Origin: Candidatus Heimdallarchaeota archaeon | GTDB taxonomy: Archaea; Asgardarchaeota; Heimdallarchaeia; Heimdallarchaeales; Heimdallarchaeaceae | Direction: 5' to 3' | DNA length: 64,000 bases | Assembly (NCBI GenBank): GCA_030603365.1 | Contig: JAUVXV010000013.1 | Location: 45,433 to 109,432 of the forward strand | In this document: positions 1-9,087 of the stretch, in pieces | Layout: every line of letters starts with the position of its first letter | How positions within the stretch are numbered: the first letter of the stretch is position 1 | Notes under the pieces: model-generated | Told to the model about the DNA's origin: nothing | What the model saw: only the letters and a program-made list of their open reading frames with translations | Databases searched by the model: none | Position numbers and translations under genes: made by a program

Positions 1-449
1 ACTGGTTTACATTTTTCATTCAAGCTTAACCTAATGTTTGTTTCAGTTTGGGTCATAATTCCTTCAAGAGCATCAACAAGGATAATTACACCGTCACTAC
101 CTCTAAGAGCTCTGCTTACTTCTCCTGTGAAGCTTATGTGTCCTGGAGTATCATTGATTTCAAATAGGTAAGATTGAATATCTCCATTTTCATCTTCAAA
201 ATCATAGTTTAGCAATACAACTGAAGTAAAGATAGTAATTCCTCTCTCTTGTTCTTCTTCATCTGAGTCCATCATAACTTTGACCCCAGCGTCCTTATCA
301 CTCATAAGTCCAGCTTTTCTTAGTAGGTAGTCGCTGGTAGTTGTTTTACCATGATCGATATGTGCAGATATAGAGAACACTCTTCTTAATTCCATAGGGT
401 GATTCTTAATCATATCACGAATTTCTTCTGGATTCTTTACACGAACCAT
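1..449 (-). CDS. translation elongation factor aEF-2 (EF-G/EF-2 family GTPase), N-terminal part; gene runs off the window start
   Basis: Reverse-strand translation from ATG at 449..447 gives MVRVKNPEEIRDMIKNHPMELRRVFSISAHIDHGKTTTSDYLLRKAGLM... The G1 P-loop AHIDHGKTT and DTPGH (G3) are present and the frame stays open to coordinate 1. Not in the supplied ORF track because it is partial. Confidence 0.7.
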   Translation of the reverse strand, partial: MVRVKNPEEIRDMIKNHPMELRRVFSISAHIDHGKTTTSDYLLRKAGLMSDKDAGVKVMMDSDEEEQERGITIFTSVVLLNYDFEDENGDIQSYLFEINDTPGHISFTGEVSRALRGSDGVIILVDALEGIMTQTETNIRLSLNEKCKP

Positions 450-581
450 TTTTATCACATAATTGTGCTATGAGGCTTTTTCAAAAACTTATATTATAAA
501 TATAATGATTTTTGCGAATGTCCAAGATTGTTTTTGTTCTACAAAGATTTATTATCCTATCAAATAATTAGTTCCTTGCAA

Positions 582-1733
582 ATGGTTATAGTACGTGGAA
601 ACGCTTTAATTGGACCAGATTTGGAGTTTATTGAAGGCATAAGCATTCATGTGGATGAAAACGGTATAATCACAAATATATCCAAGAAACAAAGCTCTGC
701 TAAATATGTTTTACCTCCTTCTTATGTAATTGTTCCAGGTTTTATTAATGCCCATACCCATGTTGCTGATGCTTTTATTAAGGATTATACTTATGGTTTA
801 TCGCTTGAAGAAGCGGTTGGTCCGAATGGGATAAAACATTCCAAACTAAGATTAAGTTCATTGCAAGATAAAGCTGAGAGTATAAGAAATTCTTTGGAAT
901 TATTAATAAAAAATGGTTATACTACCTTTGTTGATTTCAGAGAAGAAGGTATAGAAGGAATTAGACAATTAAAAGAGGAATTGGATGACTTTCCGATAAG
1001 AGGTTTAATATTAGGACGAAAACATGGCGAAGATGATTTATTAGATGTTTTTGAACAAGCTGATGGGCTCGGTTTTTCTGATGTTTTTTCAATTAACAAT
1101 GAATCTATGACTCAAACAAAGATTCTGAAAGAAAATAACCCTGAGAAAATCATTGCTATTCACGCATCTGAGTCAATGGAAACTATTTCCGAATCCCTTA
1201 CTCAGTTTGGTAAACCAGATATAGAAAAAATATGTGAGTATCCGTTTTTTGATTTTGTTGTTCATGCAACATACTCAAATGAAAACGATCTATCTCTTCT
1301 AAAGAAAAACGACATAAATGTAATCACTTGTCCTATTTCAGCCCTCTATCACGGTTTGAAATTTCCTCCTATTGCGTTAATGCTCAAGAGCAAAGTTTTA
1401 CTTGGTTTAGGGACTGATAACACTTTTTGCTGTAACCCTGACCCATTTAGACTTATGGCATTCACATTGTATTCTGCACGTAGTAATTATCAAAATGTAT
1501 CACCTAAAGAAATTCTAAAAACTGTTACAGTTAATCCTGGATTGATTGTTAAAAGACAGATAGGTCAAATTACTGAAGGGTATAGTGGAGATTTCATCGG
1601 AATTGATTTGAATAGTCCTAACACTAGATATTCAAAGGATGTTTATTCAGCTTTGACTATGCGCGCAGAACCTAGTGATATAGGCTTTCAAATGTATAAA
1701 GGAAAGGTTGTAAAATGGAAAGACCAAAAATAA
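582..1733 (+). CDS. metal-dependent amidohydrolase of the TRZ/ATZ (MtaD/DadD/guanine-deaminase-like) subfamily
   Basis: N-terminal MVIVRGNALIG...GIITNI beta-sandwich start. HxH motif in PGFINAHTHVADAF, HASE motif in IAIHASES, and the GTDN..NPDPF catalytic Asp region. Start chosen at the in-frame ATG at 582 rather than the TTG at 528. Confidence 0.7.
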   Translation: MVIVRGNALIGPDLEFIEGISIHVDENGIITNISKKQSSAKYVLPPSYVIVPGFINAHTHVADAFIKDYTYGLSLEEAVGPNGIKHSKLRLSSLQDKAESIRNSLELLIKNGYTTFVDFREEGIEGIRQLKEELDDFPIRGLILGRKHGEDDLLDVFEQADGLGFSDVFSINNESMTQTKILKENNPEKIIAIHASESMETISESLTQFGKPDIEKICEYPFFDFVVHATYSNENDLSLLKKNDINVITCPISALYHGLKFPPIALMLKSKVLLGLGTDNTFCCNPDPFRLMAFTLYSARSNYQNVSPKEILKTVTVNPGLIVKRQIGQITEGYSGDFIGIDLNSPNTRYSKDVYSALTMRAEPSDIGFQMYKGKVVKWKDQK

Positions 1734-2386
1734 TTGTTAATGTAGCTTGCTCTTTAGATGGTGTAATCGCGTCTAATAAAGGAGCTTTAATCCTGTCGAC
1801 TACAGAAGATTGGTTAAGAGTACATGAACTCAGAAATTCAGTGGATGCGATTCTTGTTGGAATAAATACTATTGAGAAAGATGATTCTTTGCTAACCATT
1901 CGTTATGTGACACCAAAAACACCTCACCCTTTGCGTGTTATATTAGATTCTACGTGTAAAATACCTCTTACAGCAAGAGTTTTGACGAATTTAGAAATAT
2001 ATCCTACTTTGATAGTAACCTCTAAAGAATCTTCTGATGAAAAAATCAAAAAAATAGAAGAACTTGGGGCTCAAGTCCTTAAGATAACTAATAAACAACA
2101 TCCCAACTATCTTAGCTTAACTGAAATCCTTCAGAAATTAAAGCAAGAATTCAATATAGAAAGACTATTGGTTGAAGGTGGTTCGAAAATAATTACCGAG
2201 TTTCTCAAGTGTAAGTTAGTGGACACTATGCACATATTTTATGCAGCATTATTTGCTGGAACAATTAATGCTAAACTTTTGTATGATGAAAAGGTTGTAG
2301 TTAATGTGGCTGATACACTAGATTTTGAATTAGAAAAAGTAGAACAATTTGAGGAAGGCTTTGTAGTCACCATTAAACCAAAGTAG
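1715..2386 (+). CDS. RibD C-terminal-domain reductase (2,5-diamino-6-ribosylamino-4(3H)-pyrimidinone 5-phosphate reductase-like, archaeal ArfC/RibG type)
   Basis: VNVACSLDGVIAS, DAILVGINTIEKDDSLLTIR, RVILDS and LLVEGGSKI motifs typical of the RibD_C / DHFR-like fold. Confidence 0.75.
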   Translation: MERPKIIVNVACSLDGVIASNKGALILSTTEDWLRVHELRNSVDAILVGINTIEKDDSLLTIRYVTPKTPHPLRVILDSTCKIPLTARVLTNLEIYPTLIVTSKESSDEKIKKIEELGAQVLKITNKQHPNYLSLTEILQKLKQEFNIERLLVEGGSKIITEFLKCKLVDTMHIFYAALFAGTINAKLLYDEKVVVNVADTLDFELEKVEQFEEGFVVTIKPK

Positions 2387-2395
2387 TTGAGAGGT

Positions 2396-3490
2396 ATGGA
2401 AACAGAAAATATTCTCTCCTTATTGCAGAATAATAAGGAAGAACTGTTCCTAAAGGCTAAAGAAAAAAAAGGGCAATTCTATAACAACATTGTAACATTT
2501 TCGCGAAATGTGTTTGTGCCTGTAACTCGTCAATGCAGAAATAGATGTGGATATTGTGGCTTTGTGTCAGATGATGCAAGTAGTTGGATTACTCCAGACA
2601 AATATCAAATTTTGCTTAAGAAATCTAAAGATGCAAAATGCAAAGAAATTCTGCTCACTTTAGGAGAAAAACCTGAAGAGAAATATCAAACAGCAAAAGA
2701 TTTCTTACTTAGTCATAATTTTGAATCTACTGTAGACTATGTTAATTCCTTCTGTGAAACTGCATTAGATAATTTTCTTCTCCCGCATTCAAATTTAGGA
2801 ATTTTATCTTTCGAGGAACTTAAACTCCTCAAGGAAACAAATGCTAGTATGGGACTTATGCTTGAAACAAGTAGTTCACGTTTGATGGAAGCAGGAGGAG
2901 CTCACCACTATTCACCAGGAAAGGATCCATCTGTACGTCTAGAAACACTTTCAAATGCTGGAAAACTAAAGATTCCATTTACTTCTGGAATTTTAATTGG
3001 AATAGGAGAATCTTGGGCTGAAAGAATAGAGTCTCTTCAAACAATTGAGAAAATTTACAAGAAATACAATAATATACAAGAGGTTATTGTACAGAATTTT
3101 AATCCCCAGCCTAATACTCCTATGTCTGATTGGTTATCTCCCACTGATGAAGAGATTTTACTAACTTTGTCTATAGCTCGCATCGTCTTATCTCCAACAG
3201 TTAATATTCAAATTCCACCTAATCTAAACAAAGACAGAATTGTGGAAGCTTTAGATTCAGGCGCTAATGATGTTGGTGGTATTTCTCCCCTAACTATTGA
3301 CTATATTAATCCTAACATGGATTGGCATGAAGAAAAAATGCTGTATAAGCAATTGGGAGATTATAATTATGAATTAATAGAAAGATTACCCGTTTATCCT
3401 CCTTATGAAAAATATTTAAACACTCGATTGAGAGAGATAATTGAGGATTATCACCACAATGAAGAAACTCTCTACTCCAAAAATCGATGA
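2396..3490 (+). CDS. cofG: FO synthase subunit CofG (7,8-didemethyl-8-hydroxy-5-deazariboflavin synthase subunit 1), radical SAM
   Basis: Radical SAM CxxxCxxC in VTRQCRNRCGYCGF. Length and downstream partner are typical of split archaeal FO synthase. Start is uncertain: ATG 2396 or TTG 2387. Confidence 0.8.
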   Translation: METENILSLLQNNKEELFLKAKEKKGQFYNNIVTFSRNVFVPVTRQCRNRCGYCGFVSDDASSWITPDKYQILLKKSKDAKCKEILLTLGEKPEEKYQTAKDFLLSHNFESTVDYVNSFCETALDNFLLPHSNLGILSFEELKLLKETNASMGLMLETSSSRLMEAGGAHHYSPGKDPSVRLETLSNAGKLKIPFTSGILIGIGESWAERIESLQTIEKIYKKYNNIQEVIVQNFNPQPNTPMSDWLSPTDEEILLTLSIARIVLSPTVNIQIPPNLNKDRIVEALDSGANDVGGISPLTIDYINPNMDWHEEKMLYKQLGDYNYELIERLPVYPPYEKYLNTRLREIIEDYHHNEETLYSKNR

Positions 3491-3491
3491 A

Positions 3492-4583
3492 ATGTGTGAT
3501 TTAAGCTCGTTTAGAGCAACACATCAAGATGAAATTAAAGAAATAACTCAAATGCTTAAAAAAAGAGGTGGAGAGTTATGGATACAGACTTCAGTAGCAG
3601 ATGAATTACGTACCCAACAATCTGGAGACGAAGTCACCTTTGTTGTTAATCAGAATATCAATTTCACTCAACACTGCATAGGATCTTGTCGTTTCTGTTC
3701 TTATAGTATAAAACCTGGAACTGTCAAAGATAAACCTACAAGGATGTCATTGGATGAGATAAGAATTGAAGCAGAAAAAGCGGTAACAAGAGGTTGTACT
3801 GAGTTATGTATTCAAGGTGGTTTAGATTCAGAACTAGATTATGAGTTCTATATTAACTTACTAGAAACAATAAAATCAGTTTCTTCTAACCTTCACATCC
3901 ACGGTTTTTCTCCTTCAGAAATTGCTTTTATGTCCCAAATCTCTGAACTAACTGTAGAAGATGTTTTCAAAGATTTAATGTCACATGGATTGGATTCTTT
4001 TCCAGGAACAGCTGCAGAAATTTTGGTTGATGAAGTAAGAAGGAAAATCTGTCCAGAGAAGATATCAACTAATCAATGGGTCAATATAGTTTTACTTGGA
4101 CATTCTTTAGGATTAAAATCAACAGCAACAATGATGTACGGACATATTGAAACATATCAAGAAGAAGCTGAACATCTGGCTATTCTCAAATATATTCAAA
4201 GCAATTCAAAGGGTTTTACAGAATTCATTCCTCTAACTTTTGTTTATCCAAATACAGTATTATACAAATATTTAGGAGCAAGACCTAGTAGTACAGGAAT
4301 GCATGATTTAGCTCTATTTAGTACGGCAAGATTATATTTAGGAGAATCTTTCTCCAATATTCAGGCTTCTTGGGTTAAACTAGGACCTAAACTAGCTCAA
4401 ATATCTTTGAATGCTGGTGTCAATGATTTTGGTGGAACTTTATTTACAGAGAATATAACAAAGAGTGCAGGGGGAACTTTTGGAGAAGAAAAAAGCATCG
4501 AGGAATTTGTTGACTTAATTAGAGATGCGGGTAGAATACCTGTTCAACGAGATACTATGTATAGTAAGTTAAATACCTATTAA
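3492..4583 (+). CDS. cofH: FO synthase subunit CofH (subunit 2), radical SAM
   Basis: CxxxCxxC in HCIGSCRFCSY. The ATG at 3492 sits one base after the cofG stop at 3488-3490, so the two are translationally coupled. The ORF-track start at 3441 would overlap cofG by 50 nt. Confidence 0.8.
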   Translation: MCDLSSFRATHQDEIKEITQMLKKRGGELWIQTSVADELRTQQSGDEVTFVVNQNINFTQHCIGSCRFCSYSIKPGTVKDKPTRMSLDEIRIEAEKAVTRGCTELCIQGGLDSELDYEFYINLLETIKSVSSNLHIHGFSPSEIAFMSQISELTVEDVFKDLMSHGLDSFPGTAAEILVDEVRRKICPEKISTNQWVNIVLLGHSLGLKSTATMMYGHIETYQEEAEHLAILKYIQSNSKGFTEFIPLTFVYPNTVLYKYLGARPSSTGMHDLALFSTARLYLGESFSNIQASWVKLGPKLAQISLNAGVNDFGGTLFTENITKSAGGTFGEEKSIEEFVDLIRDAGRIPVQRDTMYSKLNTY

Positions 4584-4634
4584 GGATAAGCCAAGTTTTA
4601 AATTAAATGAAGTGCTTTGTTTTATAGGGGTTCA

Positions 4635-5480
4635 ATGAGTTCTAAAAAACGATCTTCTCCAGAGATTTGGAAGTCTCTTTCTAATAAAATTCGAAGAGAT
4701 TTATTGTGTTTTATTGGAGAGAAGAACGTTGCTTCTTTTACTGAGATTCAAGAAAGATTCCAAATGAAAGTGGGGACACTCTACCATCATCTAGATACAT
4801 TGGGCGCTCTTCTAACTCAGGATTCATCAAAACGTTATTTATTAACTGAAAAAGGAAAGAGATCTTATGCATTGATTGAAGAAGAAATCGATGTGTCTGC
4901 TCCTAGTCAGCAATTGTTTGGCGCTCTTTCTTTTCTCCATATCATATTTTTGAGACCAGTCTATCGTTTTATAAAGACAGATTCTATAAGATCTCTGGGT
5001 TTTTCATTAATCCTCTTGATAGGTTTAACAGTTGCAACCTATTTTCTTTCTGCATCACCCATTTTTCTATTTCCTTCTTTCATATCTCCTGATTTTCTTG
5101 CTCCAATATTCTTTCTAGCTTCAGTTGCAATAACCTACGCTATTTGTGAAGTATTTGTATCTCTAGTTTTTAAGCGGAAAAATGACAAATTGGCTCTCTT
5201 TCAAAGTGTTATAATTATTCAAATAGTTTTGATAATTCCTACAATTATACTTGCATTTGTTTTTGGGTATGAATATCCTGTATCATTTCTGGATTTGAAT
5301 GTCTGGTTCATAATTGTTGTATTTCTTTTCCAATTACTGTGTGTTGGTTTATTAATTGAAGCTATCATTATTATCAAAGAATTAAGATTCGAGAAAGCTG
5401 GCGTTCTTGCCTTGTTTGTTGTTTTTATCGTAAATGCTCTCGCTTTTGTAATAATGAACTTACTGGAGGTTACGATTTGA
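4635..5480 (+). CDS. membrane-tethered winged-helix transcription regulator-like protein
   Basis: N-terminal about 90 aa resemble an ArsR/PadR-type wHTH (FTEIQERFQMKVGTLYHHLDTL). The remainder is 5-6 hydrophobic TM segments. Confidence 0.45.
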   Translation: MSSKKRSSPEIWKSLSNKIRRDLLCFIGEKNVASFTEIQERFQMKVGTLYHHLDTLGALLTQDSSKRYLLTEKGKRSYALIEEEIDVSAPSQQLFGALSFLHIIFLRPVYRFIKTDSIRSLGFSLILLIGLTVATYFLSASPIFLFPSFISPDFLAPIFFLASVAITYAICEVFVSLVFKRKNDKLALFQSVIIIQIVLIIPTIILAFVFGYEYPVSFLDLNVWFIIVVFLFQLLCVGLLIEAIIIIKELRFEKAGVLALFVVFIVNALAFVIMNLLEVTI

Positions 5481-5577
5481 TGAAGTTCGAGAAAATTGGA
5501 ACTCAATACTTTAAAATTTATAGAAATAAATGCTTATCAATTAACGTATATATAATAAAACATGAGGGGAACGCTGA

Positions 5578-8500
5578 ATGAGTGCCAATAACCTCCAACA
5601 ATCAAAGAATAGAATAGCCCCACCATTTCTAAAAATCTTTTTGGTACTCATCCTTTTCCTCTCTTCCATAGTTCTAATTCCTACATCCTTGGGGTTCAGT
5701 GATCTCAATCAAAATCCGCAAGACCCAATCAGCTATACACCTTCTCTTCATGTAAGTGAAGAATTACCTTTATTTCATGAAAAGATAAATGTGATTATTG
5801 GAAAAAATGATTCATTAATAAGCGTACTTGAGCTAAATGGTGGTGAGATTAGAACTCCATTCGATCTATCGAGTTCTGAACTTGTTTTGGTAAATCAACT
5901 TGACTTTATCGTTAACAATCAGTCTTCCTTCTCAAAAATTTGGACAAATCCATTATGGCAATTTCCTGATGGTTTAGTAATTAGATTAACTGCAAGAACT
6001 CAAGATTATAACCGTTTAATCTCTATTTATCGTTTTGTTGATAATATTATCCGAAATTTCTATGGTGTAACTCCTGGAGTTTTCAATTTACGTTCTTTAT
6101 CTTCTACAGATACTGTTATCTCACTTGTTGCACCTATCTCCTATACACAAGCATTAGAAATTTTTCAGGAAATTTTTGTTTTTGAAGATCAAGTAAATAA
6201 CGGAAACACAATCTCACTGATGGGTGATTTATTGAGTCAATCACCAGCTGTCTATGCTTTTGGATATTCAATACAAAAAAGATTGGGGAGTATAAGTCGT
6301 TTAACCAAGAGTGTTCTAATAGGTGTAGAGAATAAAATCCCACACAATGGAGACCAAAGATCATTCAATTTAGAAGATGTTTTTGGAGCAGCATTAATTC
6401 CAAATTCCCATGCTCTTCTTACAAACTTTGCTTTTCATGTTCCTTTTCTAGTAAATATTACATATATGAACCCTCTTCCTGATAACATGGGAGGTACAGC
6501 AACTGGATCTTTTGAATGGATCTTGAAGTATCTAACTATAATCTCACATCCATCCTTCAACTTAGATGTGATTTACTATCCTTTCACCTATGATGATTTC
6601 ATTTTTCCCAGAATCACTGTATCTAACTCTTATTCTGACTTCAAACTGGAAAATGATGGTGTTCTAAATATGACGTATACAATCAACAATACTGGAACTG
6701 ATACAGCTTTTAATACCTCTATAGTTCTTCCCATTCCATTTGAATTAGGGGTTTTTGTACAGGAGGGGCTTGTTATACCAGTGTTAAAAGAAACAATCCA
6801 GATTAATGAGAGCTTTACTTCCTATGTAGAACTCAAAATAAGTTATAGTGTGTATTCATTCAGTATCCCTATTATCGATATTCAAGGCTGGTATGAAAAT
6901 TCTTCGACATTGATGCCAGAAAGATGGTTGGATGAGAATATTATCGAATTAAACGAATATGTTTCAATTCATTGCTCTAATGGCATATCTTCAGATTTAC
7001 TCTTCGCAATTGAAACACATATTATACCCATTTTGGAAATTGGGATAGATGAGATAATGGCTGATTTTGGTTATTATGAACCTTTAATTGTTGATTCATT
7101 GAAAACAGCTGCAACTGAATCCTATGAAATTGCTTTCGAAGCTTTTTATGAGAATAAAACAATCTTCCAATTCAGTTCTTCAGATTTCATATATAATTCC
7201 AATCCGTACGGTGGGTATTTGGAACATGTTATCCCTCAAATAGAAGTAGATGAGACTCTAGAAACTTCATGGACAATTTTTAATATTCCAACCTCAGCTG
7301 ATAGATATGGTGGTTTTTCTTGGGATTTGAAGACAGTCAGTTATGATGAGTATATAGTTTTTCAAACTTCAGAACGTGACTATAAGGATTTTATGTTAAG
7401 TGTTTTTGCTGCAATAGATTCTGCGGGAAGATTTCTAAGTGTGCATGACCCTATAACAGGTGTTTTTGTTTCCTTAGGAAGTAGATACCAATATGCAGAT
7501 TCTTTAGGTAGAAAGTATTTTGGGTTAACAAATGGTCTTAATCTTCAAATAGGTGATGATGAAGCGGTTTTAGAAAGCATCCTAAATATGAATAGTACGA
7601 TCTATCGCGTAGGTGATGAAGTTCCATTCAGTCTAGATATTACTAATTTGGGGACAATAGAGGCTTATGATATTCACGTGGATATAGTTAATTTGAAGCT
7701 AAATTATTTGTGGCTTCCAACTGATGTGGTTGTTGTAAAATCATTTGACATTGATCAGATCAACGCAGGGGAACATATTAAAATAGATTTTTCAGCATAT
7801 GCAAATAGCTATATAGGGTTGAATACTTATGTCGCAATTATAAGTTTCATTTCAGATAAAGATCAGGTTGCTACAGAGGTTATTGATCTTTGGACTGGTC
7901 AACCAGTACCTTGGGAATATAGTGGCGAAACCACAAATGTAATTACCTCTACTTTAACTTTCGGAGTTTTATTTCCCCCATTATTACTGGAAGATGAACT
8001 AAGACCAAGTTTTCCACTTCCTGAAATTACTACTTCTAACAATTACGAAATAGATCAAGAAAAAAGAGAACTACTATTGGAATATGAAATAACCAATACA
8101 GGTCTTTCGTCAACAGATCTCACCTTATATCAAGTGTTTCCAAAGGGTCAAGGAGATCTTGAATATCTAAATTGCTCACTAATTCAAGGTGACACAATTA
8201 TCACATTAGAACCTGTTATATCTACTAAAGGAGATTATTATTTTATTAACTACGTAAATATTACTTTAGAACCAGGAGACAAAATATTGGTTGAAGCTCG
8301 TCTGAGCAATATTTCAGAAGATTTTACCATTCCGCCGATAATCATAAAATACTATTCCATTTATCAAATTCATACAACTGATTTTGCAACCACTAACAGT
8401 CAAACTGAAGTGAATACAGCTAATCCTGCAAGTCTCTATGTGAAAGCATCCCCTTCTACTGTTATTGAAGGGGGTCAAAACCAATTCATATGGTCATCCT

Positions 8501-8652
8501 TCTCTCCAGTTATTCATATAAATCTTCCTTTCTCAAGTGAGTATGAACGAATAATCTTCTCATCCCTACCCTGGCTATATCCTGTTATAAGCACAGCGAT
8601 TTTAGGAGGCTTGATCCTCATAGCAATGATAATTTCTAGAACCCGAAAATAG
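5578..8652 (+). CDS. large secreted/cell-surface protein (1024 aa) with N-terminal signal/TM and C-terminal TM anchor
   Basis: Hydrophobic N-terminus FLKIFLVLILFLSSIVLIP. C-terminal AILGGLILIAMIISRTRK (TM plus basic tail). No catalytic motif recognised. Confidence 0.5.
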   Translation: MSANNLQQSKNRIAPPFLKIFLVLILFLSSIVLIPTSLGFSDLNQNPQDPISYTPSLHVSEELPLFHEKINVIIGKNDSLISVLELNGGEIRTPFDLSSSELVLVNQLDFIVNNQSSFSKIWTNPLWQFPDGLVIRLTARTQDYNRLISIYRFVDNIIRNFYGVTPGVFNLRSLSSTDTVISLVAPISYTQALEIFQEIFVFEDQVNNGNTISLMGDLLSQSPAVYAFGYSIQKRLGSISRLTKSVLIGVENKIPHNGDQRSFNLEDVFGAALIPNSHALLTNFAFHVPFLVNITYMNPLPDNMGGTATGSFEWILKYLTIISHPSFNLDVIYYPFTYDDFIFPRITVSNSYSDFKLENDGVLNMTYTINNTGTDTAFNTSIVLPIPFELGVFVQEGLVIPVLKETIQINESFTSYVELKISYSVYSFSIPIIDIQGWYENSSTLMPERWLDENIIELNEYVSIHCSNGISSDLLFAIETHIIPILEIGIDEIMADFGYYEPLIVDSLKTAATESYEIAFEAFYENKTIFQFSSSDFIYNSNPYGGYLEHVIPQIEVDETLETSWTIFNIPTSADRYGGFSWDLKTVSYDEYIVFQTSERDYKDFMLSVFAAIDSAGRFLSVHDPITGVFVSLGSRYQYADSLGRKYFGLTNGLNLQIGDDEAVLESILNMNSTIYRVGDEVPFSLDITNLGTIEAYDIHVDIVNLKLNYLWLPTDVVVVKSFDIDQINAGEHIKIDFSAYANSYIGLNTYVAIISFISDKDQVATEVIDLWTGQPVPWEYSGETTNVITSTLTFGVLFPPLLLEDELRPSFPLPEITTSNNYEIDQEKRELLLEYEITNTGLSSTDLTLYQVFPKGQGDLEYLNCSLIQGDTIITLEPVISTKGDYYFINYVNITLEPGDKILVEARLSNISEDFTIPPIIIKYYSIYQIHTTDFATTNSQTEVNTANPASLYVKASPSTVIEGGQNQFIWSSFSPVIHINLPFSSEYERIIFSSLPWLYPVISTAILGGLILIAMIISRTRK

Positions 8653-8691
8653 CGAGAAGTAGTTAAAAATCAAAATAATGAGATAACAGAT

Positions 8692-8949
8692 TTATCTCAT
8701 GTCAAAATCTTCTGATGTAAAGCTTTTCAGAAAAGCCATTATCTCCTCTTGCATTTCCGCGCTTTTTCTGAAACTCATTGCTTGTGTATAAAACATAGCG
8801 AACATATCTCCTAACAAACATTGAGTACATAGATCAGATGTTAATTCCTCATCGGGATATCTGCAGGGGAAATTAACTGGTTGAACTTTACCTTCAGGAC
8901 TTCTTCCACTAATCCCTTGCTTCCACTTACAAACTCTTGGTGCAGACAT
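8692..8949 (-). CDS. hypothetical small Cys-containing protein (85 aa)
   Basis: ORF only; lies in the gap between convergent/tandem genes. CKWKQG...PCRYPDEELTSDLCTQC. Confidence 0.3.
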   Translation of the reverse strand: MSAPRVCKWKQGISGRSPEGKVQPVNFPCRYPDEELTSDLCTQCLLGDMFAMFYTQAMSFRKSAEMQEEIMAFLKSFTSEDFDMR

Positions 8950-9087
8950 TTAAGTTACCTTTTAACGGAAACAGATATAGTATTTTTTAAACATATCCAT
9001 TAATTATTATTCTGTCAAAATAACTATAAGATTTCTTGCTCCAGCTTTATTAATAATAAACCTTATACAGTTTCAAGAAGTGTTTCA

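Noticed and set aside
917-1099. Short antisense ORFs inside strong CDSs. The same applies to 1672..1899, 5219..5506, 6134..6364, 9063..9398, 10837..11031, 11309..11644, 11957..12154, 12628..12837, 17123..17386, 18006..18230, 18581..18793, 19492..19686, 21091..21467, 23359..24290, 25137..25346, 27203..27418, 28351..28539, 30325..30552, 34959..35475, 36393..36960, 37367..37615, 38085..38621, 39642..39848, 40638..40862, 44542..44748, 45604..45897, 46737..47042, 49020..49205, 52484..52717, 55127..55330, 56310..56507, 57629..57895 and 59501..59743.
   Set aside because: Each lies entirely within, and antisense or out of frame to, a longer ORF with clear family motifs, and has low-complexity composition typical of AT-rich shadow ORFs.
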